Shown in pieces: positions 1 to 8,539 of a stretch of 64,000 nucleotides of DNA (position 1 is its first letter; each line of letters starts with the position of its first letter). The position numbers and the translations under genes are program-made. The notes beneath the pieces were generated by a model. That model was not told the origin of the DNA. It saw only the letters and a list, made by a program, of their open reading frames with translations, and made no database searches. Source of the stretch: Patescibacteria group bacterium (lineage in GTDB: Bacteria > Patescibacteriota > Patescibacteriia > JAQUQO01); NCBI GenBank assembly GCA_028716045.1, contig JAQUQO010000001.1, forward strand, positions 725,176 to 789,175, in the 5' to 3' direction.

Positions 1-1114
1 TGTCGGCGCCAGCCGCGTGCGCGATTTATTCACCAAGGCGAAAAAAAACGCGCCCTGTATTGTTTTTATAGATGAAATAGACGCCGTCGGCAGGCAGAGG
101 GGCGCGGGGCTGGGCGGTTCGCACGATGAAAGAGAACAGACGCTCAATCAAATCCTGGTGGAAATGGACGGTTTTGACCCTAATTTGGGGATTATTGTGC
201 TGGCGGCCACCAACCGGCCGGACATTCTGGACCCGGCTCTGCTGCGCCCGGGCAGATTTGACCGGCGCATAGTTCTTGATTTGCCGGACATCAATGACCG
301 GGAAGCTATTTTAAAAATTCATGCTAAAAATAAACCTCTGGCGGCGGGAGTTACTCTAAGAAAGCTGGCTGAACGCACTCCGGGATTTTCCGGAGCGGAC
401 TTGGCCAACTTGGTTAATGAAGCGGCTATCGCGGCGGCGCGACAAAATAAAAAAATTATTGATGAGATCAATCTTTTGGATAGCATCGAAAAAGTTCTTC
501 TTGGTCCTGAAAGAAAAAGTCATCTGCTTTCCGACAAAGAAAAAGAAATCACCGCTTATCATGAGGCCGGACACGCTCTTGTGGCCCATCTTCTGCCACA
601 CACCGACCCGGTTCATAAAATTTCCATCATCTCGCGCGGGCGGGCGGCGGGCTATACTTTAAAACTCCCGGAAAAAGACCGCAGCTTAAAATCCCGCCAA
701 GAATTTGTGGAAGAACTGGCCGTGCTTTTGGGCGGACAAATTGCCGAGAAACATTTCTTTGGCGATGTCACCACCGGCGCTTCCAATGATTTGCGTGAAG
801 CCACAAAAATCGCCAAAAAAATTGTCACCGAATATGGTATGAGCGAGAAACTTGGCTTGCGAACTTTCGGCGAAAAAGAAGAATTAATTTTCTTGGGCAA
901 AGAAATCCATGAAGGAAAAGATTATAGCGAAAAAACGGCGGAAAAAATTGACGAGGAAATAAACATGTTTATCAAAAACGCCAAAGAAACGGCGCAAAAA
1001 ATTATCGGCGGCAATGAAAAACAAATGAAAAATATCGTGGAAAAATTAATGAAAGAGGAAACGATTGAAAGAGAGGCCTTTGAGAAAATCGTTGGACCCA
1101 AGCCGAAAAAATAA
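1..1114 (+). CDS. ftsH: ATP-dependent zinc metalloprotease FtsH (C-terminal part; 5-prime end lies outside the window)
   Basis: AAA second-region-of-homology sequence ([16 protein letters not shown]...GG...ERE) and an M41 peptidase HEAGHAL zinc motif in the translation. The frame is open to the window start. Confidence 0.9.
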   Translation, partial: VGASRVRDLFTKAKKNAPCIVFIDEIDAVGRQRGAGLGGSHDEREQTLNQILVEMDGFDPNLGIIVLAATNRPDILDPALLRPGRFDRRIVLDLPDINDREAILKIHAKNKPLAAGVTLRKLAERTPGFSGADLANLVNEAAIAAARQNKKIIDEINLLDSIEKVLLGPERKSHLLSDKEKEITAYHEAGHALVAHLLPHTDPVHKISIISRGRAAGYTLKLPEKDRSLKSRQEFVEELAVLLGGQIAEKHFFGDVTTGASNDLREATKIAKKIVTEYGMSEKLGLRTFGEKEELIFLGKEIHEGKDYSEKTAEKIDEEINMFIKNAKETAQKIIGGNEKQMKNIVEKLMKEETIEREAFEKIVGPKPKK

Positions 1115-1199
1115 CTTTTTTCTACAAAAACAAAAACGCTCCGGCGGATTTTTACCCCGCCGGAGCGTTTTAATGTATTCAAAATTTTCTGATAAACCC

Positions 1200-2744
1200 T
1201 TACTTAGAATTCCACAACTCATTAAAATAATCATTATAACTTTGCACGATATATTTATTTTGAGACACAAATATCACCGGCTCGTTCTCAGCCCAATTGG
1301 TAATCGCTATTTTATCTTTCAAAAGCCAGATGACGTTGGGATTCTTGGTCGGCGCCGACAAAAGATATTTAGTTTCCATCCAGGGCAGTTTAGTCAAAGC
1401 ATGCCCTTTAAAACTCAAATCAATGATATTTTTCCACTTAAGCCCTTTAATTTTTTTGGCGTGTTCCACAATCTCGGCGAACATTTTGGGATAACGGTCC
1501 ACGAAATAACCACGCGCGCCGATCCAGCTAATCCCACCTTGTTTGTCCGCCTCCAACCATAAATCCCGCAAGACCTCGGGTCCGCGAGCGATATAAGTGT
1601 CCTGCTCCCAAATTTCTTCAAAATATTTTTTAAAACCTTGATACACCTCGGGCTGCTCAAAATAAAATATCACCGGTTCAACACCGCTAAAAAGCAAACG
1701 GGTTTTGCCCCTGTACATAGTTATCTGCATTGGTATGGGCGGTGCGGAAATAAACGGTTTGATAAAACTTATTTTGCCTTCGGGATCGCCGCCCTTCACA
1801 AAAAATCTTTCCTTTATCTCTCTTAAATTTTCCTGATAAGACAACATTTTTACTATTACCCCTTTTTTAATGCGGTCGCGATGATATTGGTCAAAAAAAT
1901 CTCCATACTTAGGGTCAGTGCCTAAAGCTGTCCCGAAAACATAATACTCCTCTCCGGGTTTTAGTTCGGTAAGCATGTCGTAAAAAACTTTTTTCAACGC
2001 CGGCATACCATTTTCCATTCTCACCGGCTGTTTCCAAAAATATTCAAAATATTTTTTAAATCCCTCTACTGCCTGCTTACTGCGGATGGAAAATGTCACC
2101 GGGTCAGTATCGGCCACGCTGATATTTAAAATATCGTGATAAAAAGAAAACCACATCGGGGTTTCGGCGCCAAAGGGTAAACTTTTCGCATTTTCCCCAT
2201 AAGTCAAACCGCGCCGCTCGGCCATCTCAGAGCTGGAACTTCCTATCAGCGCCTTTAAATGCGCGCCCCGGGACATAATCTTTTTATTTAATTTAGCAAA
2301 GTATGGGTCCAGCACCGGACTGCTATTCTGCTCTGAAATTCCCAAAACATAATAAGTATCACCCGGCTGGATATTTTCTACTGCCCGCTGGCGCGTCAGA
2401 ATAGTTCCTTCATTGCCTTCATAAACATTAATGTCGCGAGGGGTGGTAGTTTGTTTCTTTTTTAATTCTTCAATCACGCCAGCAGCAACATCCAATTTTC
2501 GCTCAATACTCTCTTTTAAATATTCGGGACTGTTGGCTTCAAATACTGCCACCTTACGACGCTCCACTTTAGATACCAAATCTTTTTTTACCAATTCTTC
2601 CAGCGCCGTGTACACCAAATTTCGATGCAAGCCGGTATGTTCAATGATTTTACCGGCCCGAGATTTGCCCAATTCAAAAAGCGCTAAATATACCGTGGTT
2701 TCATTTTTAGAAAAGCCCAATTTTTGTAAATTTTGTTCCAGCAT
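1200..2744 (-). CDS. TrmB-family HTH transcriptional regulator with a large uncharacterised C-terminal domain
   Basis: The N-terminus (FSKNETTVYLALFELGKSRAGKIIEHTGLHRNLVYTALEELVKKDLV) matches the TrmB winged-helix domain. The remaining ~430 aa has no recognisable motif. Confidence 0.55.
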   Translation of the reverse strand: MLEQNLQKLGFSKNETTVYLALFELGKSRAGKIIEHTGLHRNLVYTALEELVKKDLVSKVERRKVAVFEANSPEYLKESIERKLDVAAGVIEELKKKQTTTPRDINVYEGNEGTILTRQRAVENIQPGDTYYVLGISEQNSSPVLDPYFAKLNKKIMSRGAHLKALIGSSSSEMAERRGLTYGENAKSLPFGAETPMWFSFYHDILNISVADTDPVTFSIRSKQAVEGFKKYFEYFWKQPVRMENGMPALKKVFYDMLTELKPGEEYYVFGTALGTDPKYGDFFDQYHRDRIKKGVIVKMLSYQENLREIKERFFVKGGDPEGKISFIKPFISAPPIPMQITMYRGKTRLLFSGVEPVIFYFEQPEVYQGFKKYFEEIWEQDTYIARGPEVLRDLWLEADKQGGISWIGARGYFVDRYPKMFAEIVEHAKKIKGLKWKNIIDLSFKGHALTKLPWMETKYLLSAPTKNPNVIWLLKDKIAITNWAENEPVIFVSQNKYIVQSYNDYFNELWNSK

Positions 2745-2870
2745 ATTATTAGTTTGTCATAATTTATATGACAATTTTATTATACCATTTTTAGCCAAAA
2801 ATGTCAATATCTGACCGGGTTAGTCAAAATAAAAATGACTATATTTTAGCTTATTTTAGCCAAAAAACCC

Positions 2871-2899
2871 TTGACAAGTATATTAAAATATGATAAAAT
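2871..2899 (+). promoter_or_regulatory. sigma70-like promoter (TTGACA-17-TAAAAT)
   Basis: TTGACA at 2871-2876, a 17-nt spacer, TAAAAT at 2894-2899. An upstream TTAGCCAAAA element lies just before it. Confidence 0.5.
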
Positions 2900-2971
2900 G
2901 GTGGGGCCAAGATAAAAACTTGGAAGAGGCCACACCAACAATCTTTGAAAACACAAGAAAGGAGATTGAAA

Positions 2972-3496
2972 ATGAAGAATCTTTTGGTGTTCGTGGTATT
3001 ATTCGCGGCAACAATGTTGTTCGCCACCGTGGTTACGGCGGCCGGAAACAACCAACCGGTAGCGAAGCTCGGCTATAATACGCAAGTGCTTATGCCCTTC
3101 GCCACCACGGATGGCCATTGGGAAGGAGGCGGGCTTGGCCTGGCAAATAGCTTTGCCCTGACTATCCCCTTCCCCGACGGCTGGGCCGTGGGCGTAGAGC
3201 CGGGGGTTCAGACCGGCTTGGCGGCATTTCTGCCCAACCCGCAACTGGCGGCATCAGCATCCTACCAATTTACCAACAAATTTTCTCTGGGAGCTGGCGG
3301 ACTCTATCGTTACCTGCCCAAGTACACGGGTGGCGCACCGACCGATGGTCAGTTATTCGCTGCGGCTGTCACACCTATTTTCCCATTGGGGCCTGTGGTA
3401 CTCGCCTTCCCAGTCGGACCGGCATACAACACCATCGCGAAAAAATGGGGCGGAGTATTCAGCGTTAAGCTGACTTTCCCGCTGGCCGCTTGGTAG
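2972..3496 (+). CDS. secreted Gly/Ala/Pro-rich protein, possible small beta-barrel (C-terminal aromatic residue)
   Basis: RBS GGAGATTG followed by ATG at 2972. Signal peptide MKNLLVFVVLFAATMLFATVVTAAG. Alternating hydrophobic/Gly pattern with a C-terminal LTFPLAAW. The gene is markedly GC-rich relative to its flanks. Confidence 0.5.
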   Translation: MKNLLVFVVLFAATMLFATVVTAAGNNQPVAKLGYNTQVLMPFATTDGHWEGGGLGLANSFALTIPFPDGWAVGVEPGVQTGLAAFLPNPQLAASASYQFTNKFSLGAGGLYRYLPKYTGGAPTDGQLFAAAVTPIFPLGPVVLAFPVGPAYNTIAKKWGGVFSVKLTFPLAAW

Positions 3497-3610
3497 CAAC
3501 AAACCTCGCGCACGCCGAGCAATTAGCGTGCCGTTTGCCGAGAACGTCTCTCGGCTCATTCTTGTTGGATCCAAGAAGCATGCCCTGAACCCTTGTGGTT
3601 CAGGGATAAC

Positions 3611-3648
3611 AAAAAACCATTGCGCCTTATCCGCCGATGGTTTTTTGT
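3611..3648 (+). terminator. rho-independent terminator
   Basis: Hairpin AAAAACCAT...ATGGTTTTTT followed by a T-run. Confidence 0.55.
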
Positions 3649-3735
3649 TTAAAAAATTTCACCTCCTTTCTTGTAAATCTCCCCGAAATTACTTATACTA
3701 TATATAAGTAATTAATTATCAATAAAGGAGGAATT

Positions 3736-4728
3736 ATGACTCAACTTTATAGGCCTATTATCAAACAGGCGGCGATTATCACCTGGCGTTTTAAATTTTT
3801 ATGGATTTTTGGTTTTTTTGCCACCGCCCTAAGCGGCGCCGGAAACTACGAAATAATTATCCAGGCGCTCCAAACCATGCGCGGGGAAGGATTTTCTCTT
3901 ATTGGGCTTAAACTGTTTTTCTCTAACCAAATTTTTGAAGGACTCACGTTTTCCAACATCGGACACTTTTTAGCCCAAAACCCGCTGGACGGCTTACTGA
4001 TAATTTTAACCTTACTTTTGGCCCTGGTTATTGCCATTATTCTTATTTGGGTCATTGTTATCTCGGTGGCCGCCCTTATTTATAGCATCGGGAAGCTATA
4101 CAAAAATGAACGGGTGAGTTTTGCCGAGGCCTTTGAAAACGGCGCGAAAAACTTTTGGCCGGTTTTGGGTATAAATTTTCTGGCAAAACTCGGCGTCGGC
4201 GTTTTTCTCTTTATAGTCAGCATCCCTCTTTTCTATCTGGCTTCTAATCCTTCCTGGTTAAACGTTCTTCTTTATCTTATTTTATTCATTATCATGGTTG
4301 CCGCTTCTGTCATTATTTCTTTCGTCAGCATTTTTGCCATCACCTACGTAGTTCTGAATAAAAATCGCTGGTGGGAATCTATAAAATACGGCTACGCCTT
4401 ATTTAAAAAGAATTGGCTTATCAGCATAGAAACGGGAATCATCGTGCTTTTGATTAACTTTCTGTTCGGCCTGGCTTCTCTCGCAGTTATTTTAACTCTC
4501 AGCATACCCTTTGTTCTGCTTTTATCCCTTTTTGTGACCCTTTCTTCCTCTGTCGGTTATGTCATTGTGCTTGCGCTCGGGCTTATCGCCCTCCTTATTT
4601 TTATCATTCTGGCCAGCGCTTTCATATCTTCTTTCCAGTTTACCGTCTGGACTCTGCTCTGGTTGCGCATTCAAAAAAAGGCCCAGCCCAAAATTATGCG
4701 CTTAGCCGAAACTCTCTATAAAACATAA
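3736..4728 (+). CDS. polytopic integral membrane protein (function unknown)
   Basis: RBS AAGGAGG precedes the ATG. The translation contains at least 7 hydrophobic helices. Its stop lies 3 nt before the pilB-like gene. Confidence 0.6.
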   Translation: MTQLYRPIIKQAAIITWRFKFLWIFGFFATALSGAGNYEIIIQALQTMRGEGFSLIGLKLFFSNQIFEGLTFSNIGHFLAQNPLDGLLIILTLLLALVIAIILIWVIVISVAALIYSIGKLYKNERVSFAEAFENGAKNFWPVLGINFLAKLGVGVFLFIVSIPLFYLASNPSWLNVLLYLILFIIMVAASVIISFVSIFAITYVVLNKNRWWESIKYGYALFKKNWLISIETGIIVLLINFLFGLASLAVILTLSIPFVLLLSLFVTLSSSVGYVIVLALGLIALLIFIILASAFISSFQFTVWTLLWLRIQKKAQPKIMRLAETLYKT

Positions 4729-4731
4729 CCT

Positions 4732-6447
4732 ATGTCCTTCCTTAACCCGCGTTCTGATGATTTAAAAAAAATCAAAAAACACGCCCGCTCTTGGTCGGCC
4801 GAGGAAGCCCGGGAACAATTCACTGAAAAAATGCAGGAAATCAGAATTAAGGAAAAAGAAAAAACTACGGCTGAAGAAGCCGCTACTCGGGGATTGCCCT
4901 ACATAAATCTCAAGGGAATTCCCATTAGTCCCGAAGTGCTTTCAAGTATTTCTAAAAAGCAGGCTGAAGAATTAAAGATTATCTGTTTTTTCAATAATGC
5001 CGGACAAATACGCCTGGGAGCATTGGAACCGGAAAAACCGGAAATGAAAGAATTGCTTTTTCAATTAGAGGAACGCTTCCACGGCCAAACCAAAATCTAT
5101 CTGATTTCCGAAGAAAGTTTTAACCAAGCTTTTAAACTTTATGATGCCATTCCGGAAATCAAAGAAGTGCCGACGGGTGTCACCATCAGCGAAGAGGAAC
5201 TTTCCAAATTCCGCGCGGAGTTAAAAACTTTTAAAGATTTAAACGCTCGAATTCAAAAAGCTTCTATCACTGACGTGATGGCTATGATTATCGCCTCCTC
5301 TCTAGAAAGCCGAGCTTCGGATATTCATATTGAGGCCGAGGAAGAAGACGTCAAAATTCGCTTTCGCATAGACGGCGTCCTGCAAGACACTGCCGTTTTG
5401 GAAAAATCCGTTTGGCCGAGGATTATCTCGCGGCTTAAAGTTGTCGCCGGACTGAAAATCAACGTGGAAGACGCGCCGCAGGACGGACGTTTCACTATTT
5501 TTATTAAAGAAGGTAAAACTGACGTCCGCGTTTCCACTTTGCCGACGGCCTACGGTGAAAGCGTGGTGATGCGCCTTCTTAAATCCACGGCCACCAGTTT
5601 ACAATTTGAGGAATTGGGACTACGCGGCGGCGCGTTGGAAAAATTAAAAAAAGAAATTGAGCGGCCCAATGGAATGATTATCACCACCGGCCCTACCGGC
5701 TCCGGTAAAACCACCACGCTTTACGCAATTATAAATAAATTGAACGAACCGGGGATAAAAATCATCACCTTGGAAGACCCGATTGAGTATAAATTAAAAG
5801 GCATTAATCAGAGCCAGATTGATTACTCCAAGGATTACACTTTTGCTAAGGGGTTGCGTTCAATTTTGCGCCAGGACCCGGACATTGTGATGGTGGGAGA
5901 AATTCGCGATTTGGAAACTGCGGAAATCGCCATTCAGGCCGCCCTAACGGGACATTTGGTAATTTCCACTATTCATACTAACAGCGCCGCCGGCGCCTTG
6001 CCGCGTTTTCTTTCCATGGGCGCCAAACCCTTTCTTTTAGCTCCGGCCATTAACGCCATCGTCGGGCAGAGATTGGTGAGAAAAATCTGCGAAGAATGTA
6101 AAAAGGAAATCTCGCCGGACACGGAAATTCTAAAAAGAGTAAAGGGCATTTTAGCCGAACTTCCCGAAGCCGAAAAAAAGAATGTTAATTTGGATAAGCT
6201 AAAATTTTATGCTGGCCAGGGTTGCGCGGCTTGCAACGGTATCGGCTTTAAAGGGCGCGTCGGCATTTACGAAATTATGAATATGAATCCCGAAATAGAA
6301 AAACTGATTCTCTCTGGTAATCTTTCCGAATACCAGATACAAGACATTGCCGTTAAAGATGGAATGGTGACCATGGTTCAAGACGGGCTGTTAAAAGCGT
6401 TAGACGGTATCACTTCCGTAGAGGAAGTATTTAAAGTAGCGGAGTAA
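4732..6447 (+). CDS. pilB: type IV pilus / type II secretion assembly ATPase (PilB/GspE family)
   Basis: Walker A GPTGSGKTTT, Asp box, His box (ISTIHTNSAAGA) and a C-terminal tetracysteine motif (CEEC...CAACNG). Confidence 0.85.
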   Translation: MSFLNPRSDDLKKIKKHARSWSAEEAREQFTEKMQEIRIKEKEKTTAEEAATRGLPYINLKGIPISPEVLSSISKKQAEELKIICFFNNAGQIRLGALEPEKPEMKELLFQLEERFHGQTKIYLISEESFNQAFKLYDAIPEIKEVPTGVTISEEELSKFRAELKTFKDLNARIQKASITDVMAMIIASSLESRASDIHIEAEEEDVKIRFRIDGVLQDTAVLEKSVWPRIISRLKVVAGLKINVEDAPQDGRFTIFIKEGKTDVRVSTLPTAYGESVVMRLLKSTATSLQFEELGLRGGALEKLKKEIERPNGMIITTGPTGSGKTTTLYAIINKLNEPGIKIITLEDPIEYKLKGINQSQIDYSKDYTFAKGLRSILRQDPDIVMVGEIRDLETAEIAIQAALTGHLVISTIHTNSAAGALPRFLSMGAKPFLLAPAINAIVGQRLVRKICEECKKEISPDTEILKRVKGILAELPEAEKKNVNLDKLKFYAGQGCAACNGIGFKGRVGIYEIMNMNPEIEKLILSGNLSEYQIQDIAVKDGMVTMVQDGLLKALDGITSVEEVFKVAE

Positions 6448-6462
6448 AATTAACTTAATCTT

Positions 6463-7221
6463 ATGAAACCAACGGATTTGGAAAAATTTGGATTGTCGGA
6501 CAAAGAGGCCAATGTTTATTTGGCCGCTTTGGAGCTGGGGACCTCCACCGTTCAAAAAATTTCCGGTAAAGCAAAGCTAAAACGCCCCACGACTTATGTG
6601 ATAATAAAATCTCTTACTAGCAAAGGGCTGATGAGCAGTTTTCAGGAGGGGAAAAAACAATTTTTTGTGGCCGAAAATCCGGAACGATTAAACAGTTTCA
6701 TGGAGAATCGAAAAAGAGAATTAGATGATAAAAAGGAAGAATTGAAAAAATTACTGCCGGAGCTAAAAACAATTTATAACGCCGCCGAAGGGAAGCCTAC
6801 TGTAAAATTTTATGAAGGCAAGGAAGGCCTCCTGATGATGGTGGAAGAATTTTTGGAATCGGATATAAAAGAAGCTATGATGATTTATTCAAACGATCTG
6901 GTTGAAAAAGTATTCACGGAAAAAGAACGCGCTGATGCCAGAGAACGAAGAGCTCATAAACAAATACGCGTCCAAAGTATTTATACCTCCGCTGCGGCAG
7001 AGCGTCTGCCTTCAAAATTCAGCGAGAGAAAAAGAATCCCCGAAAATAAGTTTCCCCTGTTCTGCGATATAACTATTTTCGCCGATAAAGTCCGTATCGC
7101 TTCTTTGGGCGACCGACTATCCGGCATTATTATCCAGGATAAAGCCATTGCTGAAACTCTTAAATCTATTTTTAAACTGGCTTGGGAAGGTGCGGAAAAG
7201 TATAACCAATCAAAAACATAA
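6463..7221 (+). CDS. TrmB-like HTH transcriptional regulator
   Basis: N-terminus LSDKEANVYLAALELGTSTVQKISGKAKLKRPTTYVIIKSLTSKGLM resembles the TrmB HTH. It sits immediately downstream of the pilB-like gene. Confidence 0.5.
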   Translation: MKPTDLEKFGLSDKEANVYLAALELGTSTVQKISGKAKLKRPTTYVIIKSLTSKGLMSSFQEGKKQFFVAENPERLNSFMENRKRELDDKKEELKKLLPELKTIYNAAEGKPTVKFYEGKEGLLMMVEEFLESDIKEAMMIYSNDLVEKVFTEKERADARERRAHKQIRVQSIYTSAAAERLPSKFSERKRIPENKFPLFCDITIFADKVRIASLGDRLSGIIIQDKAIAETLKSIFKLAWEGAEKYNQSKT

Positions 7222-7243
7222 CAACTATAAACCCTAAAAAGTA

Positions 7244-7283
7244 AAAGCCCAGGATACGCATTGGTAATCCTGGGCTTTTTTGT
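7244..7283 (+). terminator. rho-independent terminator
   Basis: GCCCAGGAT...ATCCTGGGC stem followed by TTTTTTGTTTTT. Confidence 0.75.
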
Positions 7284-7846
7284 TTTTGGGGCAAGGCTTA
7301 GAAATGTCCGAATGTACAAAAAATCGTGGAATCGGTAGATTTTAAGACACTCTTGATATCGCCCCGTTGCCGAAGGGAGGTTCTTCCTTCATCTTTTTTT
7401 CTTTCTCTTGTCTGTTTTTTGGTCTGATTGACAATTGGCAGATACTCTATCTGTGCTACTTACTAGTCGTTCACCTTACATACCTCCTTTCAATTTTGAG
7501 GGTAATTATTGGGATTTTTATAGGTCCTTCCCCAACCTCCATAGAGAAGGACCTACTTATTCCCTTAAAATTTAGTCAGGCATAACACCCTCCTTTGTTA
7601 CTGGTTGACTAAATACACCGCTATTCTTTTAAAATAACAAAATTACTGCTGGCTCCTATATTATCATATGTCTTATATATTGTCAATAGTGGTTGACAAA
7701 GGCCTGTGGATAACTTTTTAAAAATACCCCGTAAAAAATTATTATTTTCTATAAATGTCATAAAAAAATAACAATATTATGAGCTTTATTTTTAGCTTAA
7801 ATTAGCCAAAAAATTAAATAATATTTATAAATTAAGTCAGGGGGGC

Positions 7847-7875
7847 TTGACAAATTTTTTAGGGTGTGTTATAGT
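7847..7875 (+). promoter_or_regulatory. consensus sigma70-like promoter (TTGACA-17-TATAGT) driving an ORF-free transcript
   Basis: TTGACA at 7847-7852, a 17-nt spacer, TATAGT at 7870-7875. A TTAGCTTAAATTAGCCAAAAAA element and a DnaA-box 9-mer lie upstream. Confidence 0.6.
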
Positions 7876-7881
7876 GGTGCT

Positions 7882-8365
7882 ATCAGTTGTCGAAGTTCCT
7901 TAAAACTAAATTTAAAAAATTCTGACAAGCACCGGGATAAGGGTAAAAACTTCCCAAAATATTGTATTCCAACGGCCCCCTACGGCCTTGGGATATTACT
8001 CTTCCTTTTATGGAGAGTGCCCATGCTTGTTACTAGGGGCTACCACCCCCGGTGTTTGTCAGAATCTAAAATTTTTGCACAGTTTGGGGTAGTGTAGGAG
8101 CCGGTTACTTCGACTAAAAAGAGATAACCAATTTGTTGCTTAGCCATCCTCCGTTTAAGGAAGAAAATGGCTAAACGCAATTTGCTTTGCAATATGCTGA
8201 AGTAAATTGTGGCGGAATGAAAGTTCCACCTCTGCTCTGCGCGAAAGTGTAAAGCAGGGGCCAAAGCGATACGGCGCCGCGGCAAGCACCGACCCCGCCT
8301 CTTCTCCCCAAATTGAGCAATTTTACATGCCCGACGATAATTATTTCGTCGGGCTCCTTTCTCAA
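7882..8365 (+). ncRNA. candidate structured non-coding RNA (putative Y-RNA-like partner of the adjacent Ro60/Rsr)
   Basis: There is no credible ORF or RBS in this stretch. An 18-bp helix pairs 7919-7936 (ATTCTGACAAGCACCGGG) with 8048-8065 (CCCGGTGTTTGTCAGAAT) and encloses internal hairpins. A 9-bp GCCCGACGA...TCGTCGGGC hairpin at 8330-8357 is followed by a U-rich tract. The transcript lies immediately 5-prime of rsr. Confidence 0.45.
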
Positions 8366-8539
8366 GTCAGAAACTTATCCGGCTTGAGAAAGGGGCTTGG
8401 TAGTGTAGATAAGGGATACTTCGGATATCGGTTTCTATTTAAGCATTGCCCTTGTCACTTTTTCTCCAGGAACCTTGTAATTTGATAACACAAAACTGCC
8501 GTCTGATAAATATCGGACTGGTGTAAGGAGGGAATTTAA

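Noticed and set aside
7367-8485. Small ORFs from the six-frame track (7367-7585, 7864-8097, 8040-8285, 8171-8365, 8207-8485) as protein genes
   Set aside because: None has an RBS. They overlap one another on both strands and coincide with the promoter-driven hairpin-rich transcript. They are better explained as an ncRNA region.
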